NCBI GenBank assembly: GCA_035479715.1
Contig: DATIIK010000003.1
Coordinates: 3,155 to 27,154, forward strand
Direction of reading: 5' to 3'
Length of the DNA stretch: 24,000 nucleotides
Source: Candidatus Saccharimonadales bacterium
GTDB lineage: Bacteria; Patescibacteriota; Saccharimonadia; Saccharimonadales; UBA4665
The notes under the pieces were generated by a model, which was not told the DNA's origin, made no database searches, and was given only the letters and a program-made list of their open reading frames with translations. The position numbers and the translations under genes are program-made. Below, in pieces: positions 1 through 8,205 of the stretch. Position 1 is the stretch's first letter, and each line of letters starts with the position of its first letter.

Positions 1-328
1 TCTGCGTAGGCATGGCAACACTGCTCAGGTACGTCTTGCAGGCCGTAATGACATCGGCTGCACTGGCTTCAGCGTCCAGGCCCAGCGCGGTGCGAATGCG
101 CGCTTCATCTTCCTGCAGTCGTATCTGGAGTGTATGGTACAGCTCCGGCCCGGTCGTATCCTGCGGGTCCAGGCCTAGTTCGCGGATCTTGGCGCGGGTT
201 TCGTTGATGATCTGCATCATCAGGCGGATGTCGGCCCCCGGCAACCCGGCCGCCTGTTCCAGACGCTGCAATTGCGTCCGCATGGTCGGCTCAGCCGTGC
301 CCATCAGTTGTGCCAGTACCCTCGACAT
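1..328 (-). CDS. Hypothetical protein, N-terminal part only (gene runs off the left edge)
   Basis: My reverse-strand reading gives an uninterrupted frame to the edge: MSRVLAQLMGTAEPTMRTQLQRLEQAAGLPGADIRLMMQIINETRAKIRELGLDPQDTTGPELYHTLQIRLQEDEARIRTALGLDAEASAADVITACKTYLSSVAMPTQ... It has a natural helical composition. The + strand ORF 12-356 is its antisense shadow. Confidence 0.7.
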   Translation of the reverse strand, partial: MSRVLAQLMGTAEPTMRTQLQRLEQAAGLPGADIRLMMQIINETRAKIRELGLDPQDTTGPELYHTLQIRLQEDEARIRTALGLDAEASAADVITACKTYLSSVAMPTQ

Positions 329-475
329 GATTACTTATAGATTATCACAAGCGTGATGCCAGGGGATAGTGAAATCATGCCGGATTGCCTGACCTCACAA
401 TGTAAGCTTGTGAGCCCGGGCAATACCACATGAGATAGGGGGGTAGAGTTGCAAGAGAGGACAAAAGGCGATGAG

Positions 476-536
476 GTGAGGCACGGGCGGCCAGCGGTGC
501 AGTCCGAAGACTACGACGCTGGCCGACCCGGCTCAC
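476..536 (-). promoter_or_regulatory. Long imperfect RNA hairpin with UUCG tetraloop, 3' of the 596-1003 ORF
   Basis: Pairings (plus coordinates): 476-480/532-536 (5 bp), 484-487/527-530 (4 bp), 488-496/517-525 (9 bp CGGCCAGCG/CGCTGGCCG), 501-504/509-512 (AGTC/GACT). On the minus strand the apical loop reads C(UUCG)G. Confidence 0.7.
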
Positions 537-595
537 TCATGGCCAATCAGCCCCTACCCCGCTGTGCGAGTGAGTACTGCCGACGGCGTAGCCAG

Positions 596-1003
596 CTACA
601 GGGAGACCGAGGGGCGCTCGACCATCTGAGCGAGGGCGTCGTGGTGGTACTCGAAGGCCCACTTGATCGCGTCCACGAGGTCACGGAGAGTAGTCGACTC
701 GACGGAGCCGAGGTCGTACTCACAGCGCTCGAGCGCCCGGGTGAACAGGGCGAAGGAACCGGAGGAAGCCGCGTGGTTGACCACGGAGGCCACGTAGGCG
801 AGCGCCTCGGCCCGGCTGTAGCCGTGTGCACCGGCGTTGTACCGGGCGATGTCCTTGATAACGAACAGCGCCTCGACACCGTAGCCGTTGAACCTGGGGA
901 ACAGGTCCTTGACCATCGGGTCGTCGGTGTTGAGGCCGAGCCGGGTGACGACGTCCTGGAGAATCTCCAAGTTCGTGACGGGCATGAGGATGGGACCGGG
1001 CAT
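596..1003 (-). CDS. Orphan hypothetical protein (135 aa)
   Basis: ATG at 1001-1003 is preceded on the minus strand by GACAGGAGCACATC (AGGAG Shine-Dalgarno-like). The protein MPGPILMPVTNLEILQDVV... has plausible composition. No family recognised. Confidence 0.55.
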   Translation of the reverse strand: MPGPILMPVTNLEILQDVVTRLGLNTDDPMVKDLFPRFNGYGVEALFVIKDIARYNAGAHGYSRAEALAYVASVVNHAASSGSFALFTRALERCEYDLGSVESTTLRDLVDAIKWAFEYHHDALAQMVERPSVSL

Positions 1004-1162
1004 GATGTGCTCCTGTCGGGATCTAGAACCACTGCGGTAGCGGTCCTGTGTGGTGGGGGGTCGTCTAACTCTCTTGCAACTTCAAAATACACTCATGTTA
1101 GTGCGCATAGGCTGTATGCTAACTGAGCAAAATATATCATACTGTTTTTGCTTAAATACGTC

Positions 1163-1188
1163 AATACCCCTGTTGCGGCAGGGGTATT
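1163..1188 (-). terminator. Possible transcription terminator or hairpin between the PfkB-like gene and the upstream ORF
   Basis: Inverted repeat AATACCCCT (1163-1171) / AGGGGTATT (1180-1188), extendable by one G-C pair. No strong T-tract on either strand. Confidence 0.4.
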
Positions 1189-1211
1189 GTGCGAAGTGTA
1201 CGGATCTGAAC

Positions 1212-2216
1212 TTAGAATTTCTCGGCTTTGTACCAATGGGGGGCTTTTTTGAGCCACTCTTCCAAGCCGCGCTCGTCGAGCAGCCCTTGCTGCGCGCCGG
1301 TCTTCTGTACAACACTCATGGAGTTGATGGGTGCCCACTGCAATGCGCTTTCCAGATTATGACCTTTGGCCAGTGCAGCCACGAAAGTGCTAGCGAAGGC
1401 ATCGCCTGCCCCCGTGCGTTCAAACGGCGGCGCTGGGTCCGGGTACAGCGGCATCTTGAGCCGCTGGTTGCCATCGCTGGCGTAGGCGCCGGCAGGACCA
1501 TCGGTAATTACGACGATTTTAGCACCATATGAGTGCAGTGTGTCGATCAGACCATGCACGTTATCGTAGTCGCCGCCTGTTACCAGCACGGCTTCCTCAC
1601 GGTTCAGGACCAGTACTTCGGTACGTGCATACAGCCGCTTCAGCCGTTCCACGCCCGCCGCCATCTGGAAGGTGCCGGGCTGGAAGGCCAGCTTTACATC
1701 AGGATTCTTTTCGAGCCAGTCTGCCATCTGGTCGTGATAGGGCAATGCATGGTCGGAAATGGAACTAAAGTAGATCCACTTTGGAATTTCGTCGGGACGG
1801 AAGTGGGGCCAGTGGTAGTCATAGACTTCGTGCTTGATGAGGATAGTGCGCTCTTCCTTGTACCAGAGCACGTAGTGCGTGTTGCTGAGCTTGTCAGGAT
1901 TGATGTGCACGAAGCGGTGGTCGACCTTTTCGGCATTGAGTTGGTGGATCATGTTACGGCCGGTCTGGTCGCCGCCGACATTCGTCTCAAAGGCCGTATA
2001 TAGGCCCAGACGACTGAAGGATACCGCGGCGTTCGAGGCGTTGCCGACAGCTTCAAGGATCTCGGTGTGGTCGAACGGCAGCTTCGTACCGAATTGCATG
2101 GCCAATACCTTTTGGTCATGGTCATCCGTGTACGTCCACGCCTTGTCGTCGATCAGCTTGATAAATACGTCAGTCACGATATCACCGACTGCCAGTACGT
2201 CTATATGTTTGCCCAT
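1212..2216 (-). CDS. PfkB/ribokinase-family carbohydrate kinase
   Basis: 334 aa with N-terminal GNASNAAVSFSRLG, VGGDQTG, and C-terminal anion-hole motif ERTGAGDAFASTFV typical of the PfkB family. Substrate not determinable. Confidence 0.9.
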   Translation of the reverse strand: MGKHIDVLAVGDIVTDVFIKLIDDKAWTYTDDHDQKVLAMQFGTKLPFDHTEILEAVGNASNAAVSFSRLGLYTAFETNVGGDQTGRNMIHQLNAEKVDHRFVHINPDKLSNTHYVLWYKEERTILIKHEVYDYHWPHFRPDEIPKWIYFSSISDHALPYHDQMADWLEKNPDVKLAFQPGTFQMAAGVERLKRLYARTEVLVLNREEAVLVTGGDYDNVHGLIDTLHSYGAKIVVITDGPAGAYASDGNQRLKMPLYPDPAPPFERTGAGDAFASTFVAALAKGHNLESALQWAPINSMSVVQKTGAQQGLLDERGLEEWLKKAPHWYKAEKF

Positions 2217-2295
2217 GCCCCACCCTGTTACTGAAGTTAAGTATTGCTTGTGCTTATTGTGTCATAGCTATGCGCTAAAACGCAAGTTTCTTGGC

Positions 2296-2556
2296 CTATT
2301 GTTGTAGGACGTTGATGGTGCGGGCAGCTTGCCGCTGTACGCTTTGCACCACTTTTGCCACTTGTTCCTGCTTGGCTTCTGCGGCATTCAGTACCTTTTC
2401 CGGTGTGTTAGCTGCCGTCTCGGCTGATTTTATAGCCTTGTCCAAACCATTTTCGAGCTTGTCCAGGCCACCCGCCAGCGACTTTTCGAGTGCACCGTTC
2501 TCTACAGCCTTTAGGCCCTTATCCGCCAGCTTTGTCAGGTCGTCAAATAATCCCAT
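2296..2556 (-). CDS. Small hypothetical helical protein (86 aa)
   Basis: ORF MGLFDDLTKLADKGLKAVENG... is co-directional and only a few nt from the aldolase gene. Amphipathic, Ala/Lys/Glu-rich. Confidence 0.6.
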   Translation of the reverse strand: MGLFDDLTKLADKGLKAVENGALEKSLAGGLDKLENGLDKAIKSAETAANTPEKVLNAAEAKQEQVAKVVQSVQRQAARTINVLQQ

Positions 2557-2561
2557 AGATG

Positions 2562-3476
2562 CTAGACCACTGCCCTACCAGCCGAATTAAAGTCTTCCAG
2601 CTTGCCCTCGACTACTTTTTGTACGGCTGGTATGACATGCTTGTTGATAAGCTTGGACACCGAGTATTCATCGGGGTTCTCACGCAGGCACTCTTCCAGT
2701 GTAGTACGGTAAGCCACGCGCATGTCGCTATTGATGTTGATCTTGGTAACACCAATTTTTACCGCGCTGACAAAATAATGTCCTGGCGTGCCGCTGCCGC
2801 CGTGCAGACTGATATTGCAGGGCAGTACATCGCGGATACGCTGGAGCAGTTCCAGGTCGAGCTTCTTTGGCACCGGATATTTGCCGTGCAGGTTACCGAC
2901 AGCTGCCGCAAAGGTGTCTATGCCAGTCCGCACATAGAAATCGAGGGCGCTTTCCGGCGTACTAAATGTTTTTTTGATCTCTTCGTAATCAATCTTTTCC
3001 TTGTGTAGGTTGCTACTGCCGCCAAAGTAATGCGGCTCACTCTCTACCAGCGCACCGGTAAACTTGGCATACTCCACAATCTCTTTCGTGGCATCAATAA
3101 TCTCTGCTTCGGTAGCATCCTTTTTAGCCTGAGAAAAGTCGATGTGGATGAACTCAAATCCGGCATCGATGCCCTTTTTGGCATCCTCGACGGATGGTGA
3201 ATGGTCCAGGTTGACGTACATTTCCACCCCGTATTCGTATTTGAAGTTATCAACCATATCGCGCACGTTCTGAATGCCGATATCGCTGACCTCACCGGCG
3301 CTAACCTCTACCAGTACCGGCGCATTCTTGGCCTTGGCAGCGAGGGCGACAGCCTTGAGGGTCGGCTCGTCATCGAGATTGAAAGCGCCGAATGCCCAGT
3401 GCTCGGTACGGGCCTGCTCCATGCGGGCACGTGCTTTAGCACAGTTGGCACGGACTTGTTGTAGTGTAATTGGCAT
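2562..3476 (-). CDS. fba: Class II fructose-bisphosphate aldolase
   Basis: MPITLQQVRANCAKARARMEQ..., with VNLDHSPS (Zn-binding His region), SEPHYFGG, SLHGGSGTPG and INSDMRVAY motifs characteristic of class II FBA/KBL. Confidence 0.92.
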   Translation of the reverse strand: MPITLQQVRANCAKARARMEQARTEHWAFGAFNLDDEPTLKAVALAAKAKNAPVLVEVSAGEVSDIGIQNVRDMVDNFKYEYGVEMYVNLDHSPSVEDAKKGIDAGFEFIHIDFSQAKKDATEAEIIDATKEIVEYAKFTGALVESEPHYFGGSSNLHKEKIDYEEIKKTFSTPESALDFYVRTGIDTFAAAVGNLHGKYPVPKKLDLELLQRIRDVLPCNISLHGGSGTPGHYFVSAVKIGVTKININSDMRVAYRTTLEECLRENPDEYSVSKLINKHVIPAVQKVVEGKLEDFNSAGRAVV

Positions 3477-3500
3477 AATTCCTCTTTCTTCTAAGATGCC

Positions 3501-4478
3501 CTAGCGTTTCTTTTCCAGCACATGATGGGCAGCAAGCCTGATATGTTTGGCATCGAGCCCGAAATGTTCTAACAGTTCGTTCGGCTCACCGCTTTCGCCG
3601 AACCGGTCGCGCATACCGATGCGCAGCATCGGCGCGGGATGTTCTTCGGCCAGCAGCTCTGCGATAGCCCCAGCCAGGCCGCCGGCAATCTGGGCTTCCT
3701 CGGCAGTGACCACGCAGCCGGTCTTACGCACGCTTTTCAGGATGGTCTCGGTATCGAGTGGCTTGATGGTTGGCACATGAATGACTTCGGCATCAACACC
3801 GTCTTTGTACAATTGCTCGGCTGCAACCATAGCCTGATAGGTCATGGTACCTGTAGTAATGATAGTCACGTCGGTACCCGGCATGAACACATACGCCTTG
3901 CCTATTTCGAACGGTGTCTTGTCGGTGGTGATGATAGGCGTCGCTTCGCGGGCCAGACGCAGGTAGTTCGGTCGTCCGTCTCGGGCCATCGCCAGCGTCG
4001 CCTTTTCGGCCTCCACGCTGTCGCCCGGTGCGATCACGACCATGTTCGGCAGCACTCGCATGAGTGCAATGTCTTCAAGCATCTGGTGCGTCGCGCCGTC
4101 AGGGCCTACCGAGATACCTGCATGGCTACCGACGATTTTGACCGGCCGGTCGTTCAGGCAGATGGTAGTACGGATCTGCTCCCAGTTGCGCCCCGGACTG
4201 AATGCCGCGTAGCTGCTGACGAAGGGAATCTTGCCTAAAGCGGCCAAGCCCGCACCGACGGTTACCAGATTCTGTTCGGCCACGCCGATCTCTACGAACC
4301 GATCCGGGAATGCGTCACGGAACAAGCCCATCTGCGTCGAATCGGTCAGGTCTGCGCAGGCAGCTACTACGTTTATATCAATCTCACCAGCTTTCTTAAG
4401 TCCACGTCCAAAGCCTTTGCGGATTGGCTCTCCCGGCAAATCTTTGGCAGTTATATCTACCAGATGTAAATCACTCAT
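3501..4478 (-). CDS. Transketolase, C-terminal subunit (pyrimidine-binding and C-terminal domains)
   Basis: Protein from MSDLHLVDITAKDLPGEP..., with FVEIGVAEQNLVTVGAGLA, SYAAFSPGRNWEQIR and HAGISVGPDGATHQMLEDIALMR. Annotated start at 4478, with AGGAG-like sequence upstream, rather than the ORF limit at 4574. Confidence 0.92.
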   Translation of the reverse strand: MSDLHLVDITAKDLPGEPIRKGFGRGLKKAGEIDINVVAACADLTDSTQMGLFRDAFPDRFVEIGVAEQNLVTVGAGLAALGKIPFVSSYAAFSPGRNWEQIRTTICLNDRPVKIVGSHAGISVGPDGATHQMLEDIALMRVLPNMVVIAPGDSVEAEKATLAMARDGRPNYLRLAREATPIITTDKTPFEIGKAYVFMPGTDVTIITTGTMTYQAMVAAEQLYKDGVDAEVIHVPTIKPLDTETILKSVRKTGCVVTAEEAQIAGGLAGAIAELLAEEHPAPMLRIGMRDRFGESGEPNELLEHFGLDAKHIRLAAHHVLEKKR

Positions 4479-5325
4479 GTTCGCTCCTAATTTTGCCGCC
4501 CAGGGTGCGTAGCTCGTGCAAGGCCTTGACCGCCTGTTCGTGATTTGGCGGTGCACCGTGCCAGTGGAAGTCACCTTCCATAAAATCTACGCCCTTACCT
4601 GGGATAGTGTAGGCAATGATGCAGACCGGTTTTTCGGTGACGGCCTTGGCCATGGCGCAAGCGTCGATGACAGCTTCGATGTCGTTGCCATCGATCTCGA
4701 GCACATGCCAGCCGAAACTTTCCCATTTCTTTTTGAGGTCTTCCAAGGGCATGACACTTTCGGTCGGACCATCAATCTGAATGTTGTTACGGTCGACTAT
4801 GGCAGTGATGGTGTTGAGCCGGTACTTGCCGGCCAGCATGATGCCTTCCCAGACATTGCCCTCGTCCAGCTCACCGTCACCGGTCACCACGTACACGCGG
4901 CGGCTCAGCTGCTTGTCCATGCGTAAGCCCAAGGCGATACCGCAGGCTTGGCTGATACCACAGCCCAGCGGGCCGCTGGTTGTTTCCATGCCTGGGAGAC
5001 GCGTACGCTCCGGATGACCCTGCAGGCGTGAACCCAGACGCCGGAGCGTCATCAGCTCCTTTTTGGGGAAATACCCGGCCTCCGCCATGGCCGCATACCG
5101 TACTGGTACGCAGTGCCCATTGCTAAGCAGTAAGATGTCCCGCTCGTTCCAGTCAGGATTCTTTGGGTCGTGTTTGAGTACATCAAAATACAGCGCCGTA
5201 AAGACATCGGCCAGCCCGAGTGGTCCAGCGCTGTGCCCGCTGCCGGCATGTTCCAGCATGCGGATGATGTCTTCGCGGATGGTATTGGCTTTTTGCTCGA
5301 GTTGTTTCAGTGAATGTGATGCCAT
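4471..5325 (-). CDS. Transketolase, N-terminal subunit (TPP-binding domain)
   Basis: SGHSAGPLGLADVFTALYF, TGDGELDEGNVWEG and DRNNIQIDG motifs. Overlaps the C-terminal subunit gene by 8 nt. Confidence 0.93.
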   Translation of the reverse strand: MASHSLKQLEQKANTIREDIIRMLEHAGSGHSAGPLGLADVFTALYFDVLKHDPKNPDWNERDILLLSNGHCVPVRYAAMAEAGYFPKKELMTLRRLGSRLQGHPERTRLPGMETTSGPLGCGISQACGIALGLRMDKQLSRRVYVVTGDGELDEGNVWEGIMLAGKYRLNTITAIVDRNNIQIDGPTESVMPLEDLKKKWESFGWHVLEIDGNDIEAVIDACAMAKAVTEKPVCIIAYTIPGKGVDFMEGDFHWHGAPPNHEQAVKALHELRTLGGKIRSEHE

Positions 5326-5342
5326 TTTGTATCTACCGTCTT

Positions 5343-5978
5343 CTATCCCTCTACTATTGCTTTTAGTTTAGCATAAGCGGCAGCCGAATCTTTTGCACCG
5401 TGCAGATAGCCGCCCGCATTCAGCACATCAATACCTCCGAGTGAAAGCAGCCGGGCGTTCTGGTCGTTGACACCCCCGTCCCAACCGAGTTCCAGCCGGG
5501 GCTTGAGGTCACGCAAACGCTGCGCCTTACCAAGTAGGCTCATATCGGCATGACCGCCGAAATGGCCCAGGTTCCCCGAAAATATCAGTACATGGTCAAT
5601 GACATCAAGCGCCGGAGCAATGGCATCTACCGGCGTCTCGGGCAGTAACGCTACACCTACTTCTATGCCGTGGCTGTGCGCCTGCCCGGCGAATTCCATA
5701 AAATCACCCTCGGCTTCGGCGTGCACAATGATAAGCTGCGGCCTGAGTGCGATCAGCGCCGGCAAATGGTCAAACGGGCTTTGGTACATCACATGTAGAT
5801 CCGCCCGTACGCCACCGGGCCACCAGACATCTTCTATTTCCGTCAGCCGATTACGCGTAAATATGCCATCCGACAGATCGATATGCAGGCGATGCGCATA
5901 GCCGAGCGTCTCGTTGATCTGCTTTTCGTAGACCGCTGGCTCATCCGTCGTAACGGTGGGGCAGATTTCTGCGCTCAT
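5343..5978 (-). CDS. rpe: Ribulose-phosphate 3-epimerase family protein
   Basis: TIM-barrel epimerase motifs: RLHIDLSDGIFTRN, ADLHVMYQSP, GVALLPETPVDAI, LGWDGGVNDQN, LNAGGYLHGA. Start MSAEICPTV at 5978 overlaps the upstream gene by 4 nt. Confidence 0.82.
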   Translation of the reverse strand: MSAEICPTVTTDEPAVYEKQINETLGYAHRLHIDLSDGIFTRNRLTEIEDVWWPGGVRADLHVMYQSPFDHLPALIALRPQLIIVHAEAEGDFMEFAGQAHSHGIEVGVALLPETPVDAIAPALDVIDHVLIFSGNLGHFGGHADMSLLGKAQRLRDLKPRLELGWDGGVNDQNARLLSLGGIDVLNAGGYLHGAKDSAAAYAKLKAIVEG

Positions 5979-6466
5979 GTGCGCTTCCCCCGCCTGGCGA
6001 TAACCCCTAATGCGATAGTATAGAGAACAACCAGGACCATCATCTCGGTCCACGGTACGCCGAAGGCAGCCCACCAGCTGGTACCGCTACCCGATTGCCA
6101 GTGGAACGTCGTCATGAGTATGCTCGTGACGGTCTGCACGATGCTGAATGCTGCTACGCCCATGGCCGCGATGAATACCGCCCAGAAGAGCCGTGGCAGC
6201 CATCCGAGCACCCGGCCCAGCCCGAAGACCCAGGCAATGATTACCAGCAGCAGCGGATAGCCCCACGTCGATACCTGGAAAGCCCATGTGCCCGCACTCA
6301 TGTAATGGATAAACCGTGCGTACACCCAGAGCAGCTGCGCCACGACCATTACCTGTGCCAACAGCATGATGACCACGAATGCAGCCTGCCATGGGCGGGT
6401 AATAGTTACCAGAACCGGCGTTCCTTTGGCCTGTTTCGCTTGCTTTGTCCGCTTTGCTGCAGCCAT
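5975..6466 (-). CDS. Predicted multi-pass membrane protein, function unknown
   Basis: 163 aa with about four hydrophobic segments (AAFVVIMLLAQVMVVAQLLWV, YPLLLVIIAWVFGLG, LFWAVFIAAMGVAAFSIV, MMVLVVLYTIALGVI). Lies between rpiB and rpe with a 4-nt overlap. Confidence 0.75.
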   Translation of the reverse strand: MAAAKRTKQAKQAKGTPVLVTITRPWQAAFVVIMLLAQVMVVAQLLWVYARFIHYMSAGTWAFQVSTWGYPLLLVIIAWVFGLGRVLGWLPRLFWAVFIAAMGVAAFSIVQTVTSILMTTFHWQSGSGTSWWAAFGVPWTEMMVLVVLYTIALGVIARRGKRT

Positions 6467-6468
6467 TC

Positions 6469-6918
6469 CTAGCCCCCCAACTGGTCTAGTTCATGGATAC
6501 GCCGCTTGAACCTGCTGGCGCCGGCGAACGGCGTCATCAGGAAAGTGTGCAATATGCCGATAGTCTCGTCGAAGCTTAGTGTGCGGGCACTCAGGCACAG
6601 TACGTTAGCATCGTCGTCATTGCGGGCCGAACGGGCTTCTTCCTGGTCGAATGCCAGTGCCGCCCGGATACCCTTGAAGCGGTTCGCAGCCATACACATG
6701 CCCTGTCCGCTACCACATATGAGTACGCCACGTGCATCCGGGTCGCTGTCTTCGCGCAGATGCGCCACTACCCGGCTAGCGAACTGTGGGAAATCATCTT
6801 CTGGCTTCCGTTTCGTATCGCCTTCATCTACGACTTCGTAACCGGAGCGCTGCAAATACTGCATAAGCTCCGCTTTGCGATCAAATCCATTATGGTCCGC
6901 ACCCAAATATATTTTCAT
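6469..6918 (-). CDS. rpiB: RpiB/LacA/LacB-family sugar-phosphate isomerase (likely ribose-5-phosphate isomerase B)
   Basis: MKIYLGADHNGFDRKAELMQYL... with CGSGQGMCMAANRFKGIRAAL motif. Confidence 0.92.
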   Translation of the reverse strand: MKIYLGADHNGFDRKAELMQYLQRSGYEVVDEGDTKRKPEDDFPQFASRVVAHLREDSDPDARGVLICGSGQGMCMAANRFKGIRAALAFDQEEARSARNDDDANVLCLSARTLSFDETIGILHTFLMTPFAGASRFKRRIHELDQLGG

Positions 6919-6999
6919 ATATCCCCTTTACGAATCAGTGTACCATAAGCACATTCGGCGTCGCCAGCCTGTTCTGCCGCAGCCGCTCCTAATTAGAAA

Positions 7000-7028
7000 C
7001 GCCCGCCAACCGGTACGGCTGGCGGGCG
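7000..7028 (-). terminator. Intrinsic terminator 3' of GAPDH
   Basis: CGCCCGCC (7000-7007) pairs with GGCGGGCG (7021-7028), plus A7008-T7020 and CCG/CGG inside. On the minus strand it is followed by TTTCTAATT. Confidence 0.75.
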
Positions 7029-7046
7029 CCTGCTACATAGGGCGAA

Positions 7047-8063
7047 CTAGCCCTTGTGCAGGAATTTGGCGGCATCGGCCACGACTTCTACGAGACGGTT
7101 GCTGTAACCCCATTCGTTGTCGTACCACACCATCACTTTGACCAAGTTGCCAGCGACGACCTTGGTTAGCAGCAGGTCGACGGTACCGGAGTGGCTGTTA
7201 CCGATGTAGTCAGAACTCACCAGCGGCTCTTCAGATACACCGAGGATACCCTGGTAGAATGGCTCTTTGGCGGCTTTCTTGAAGGCCTCGTTGATTTCCT
7301 CAACCGAGGTATTGCGCTTGAGCAGTGCGGTGACATCGCTCAGTGATACCACCGGGGTGGGAACGCGGATGCTCAGGCCGTCGAACTTACCCTTCAGCTG
7401 AGGCAGCGTAAGGGTCACGGCGATAGCGGCACCGGTGGTCGTTGGGACGATATTCTCAGCGGCATTGCGGCCCTCGCGCAGGTCTTTCTTGGGAGCATCC
7501 TGCAAAGCTTGGCTGGCAGTGTAGCTGTGGACGGTGGTCAGCATGGACTTCTCAACGCCGAATTCACTTTCCAGGATAGCCATAACTGCCCCCAAAGAGT
7601 TAGTAGTACAGCTGGCGTTACTAATGACTTCGGTAGCGCCCTCCAATTTGTCGTCATTGGCACCAAGCACGATGGTGTCAACACCTTCGCTCTTGGTCGG
7701 GCCGCTGATAACGACGCGTTTAGCGCCCGCAGTGATGTGCTTGCTGGCACCGTCTTTGTCGGTAAAGAAGCCCGTGCTCTCAACGACCACATCGATATCC
7801 AGGTCTTTCCAGGGCAGCTCAAGAGGATCTTTTACTGCCAGGACCTTTACTTTGTGACCATCGACGATGATGTTTTCGTCGTCATGGCCGACCTCGTGGT
7901 CGTAGGTGCCATAGTTACTGTCGTGCTTCAGCAAGTATGCCAGCGTTTTGGTATCCGTTAGGTCGTTGATGGCGACGATTTCGAGGTCGTCCCGTGCAAA
8001 TGCGATCTTGAAGGCATTGCGGCCAATGCGGCCAAAGCCATTGATAGCGATGCGTGATTTCAT
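7047..8063 (-). CDS. gap: Glyceraldehyde-3-phosphate dehydrogenase
   Basis: AINGFGRIGRNAFK, SNASCTTNSLGAVMAIL, YDNEWGYSNR motifs. Confidence 0.96.
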   Translation of the reverse strand: MKSRIAINGFGRIGRNAFKIAFARDDLEIVAINDLTDTKTLAYLLKHDSNYGTYDHEVGHDDENIIVDGHKVKVLAVKDPLELPWKDLDIDVVVESTGFFTDKDGASKHITAGAKRVVISGPTKSEGVDTIVLGANDDKLEGATEVISNASCTTNSLGAVMAILESEFGVEKSMLTTVHSYTASQALQDAPKKDLREGRNAAENIVPTTTGAAIAVTLTLPQLKGKFDGLSIRVPTPVVSLSDVTALLKRNTSVEEINEAFKKAAKEPFYQGILGVSEEPLVSSDYIGNSHSGTVDLLLTKVVAGNLVKVMVWYDNEWGYSNRLVEVVADAAKFLHKG

Positions 8064-8104
8064 ATTCTCACCCTTGTATCAGATTAATAATGCTTACGGC
8101 TTTA

Positions 8105-8134
8105 ATTGTAGCGCACAGCTGACCCTTGATGCAA
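8105..8134 (-). promoter_or_regulatory. Predicted sigma70-like promoter for gap
   Basis: Minus strand TTGCAT (8129-8134), 18-nt spacer, TACAAT (8105-8110). Confidence 0.5.
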
Positions 8135-8136
8135 AA

Positions 8137-8165
8137 TTGACCTTTTAAGCATTTTATTGTAAAAA
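8137..8165 (+). promoter_or_regulatory. Predicted sigma70-like promoter for the orphan 8206-9083 cassette
   Basis: TTGACC (8137-8142), 17-nt spacer, TAAAAA (8160-8165) in an AT-rich island, about 40 nt upstream of the first ORF. Confidence 0.45.
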
Positions 8166-8205
8166 TAATAGAGTCATCTTATGACAACCGAGAGAGGGCA
8201 CCGCT

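Noticed and set aside
449-1126. Long + strand ORF (225 aa)
   Set aside because: It is largely the complement of the 596-1003 minus ORF and has low-complexity Gly/Val/Glu-rich translation typical of a GC-rich antisense shadow.
5048-5056. CTGATGA (hammerhead-like core) on the minus strand
   Set aside because: It lies in the transketolase coding sequence (LMTLRRLG), with no GAA core after a paired stem II. Coincidental heptamer, like similar ones near 190 and 6530.
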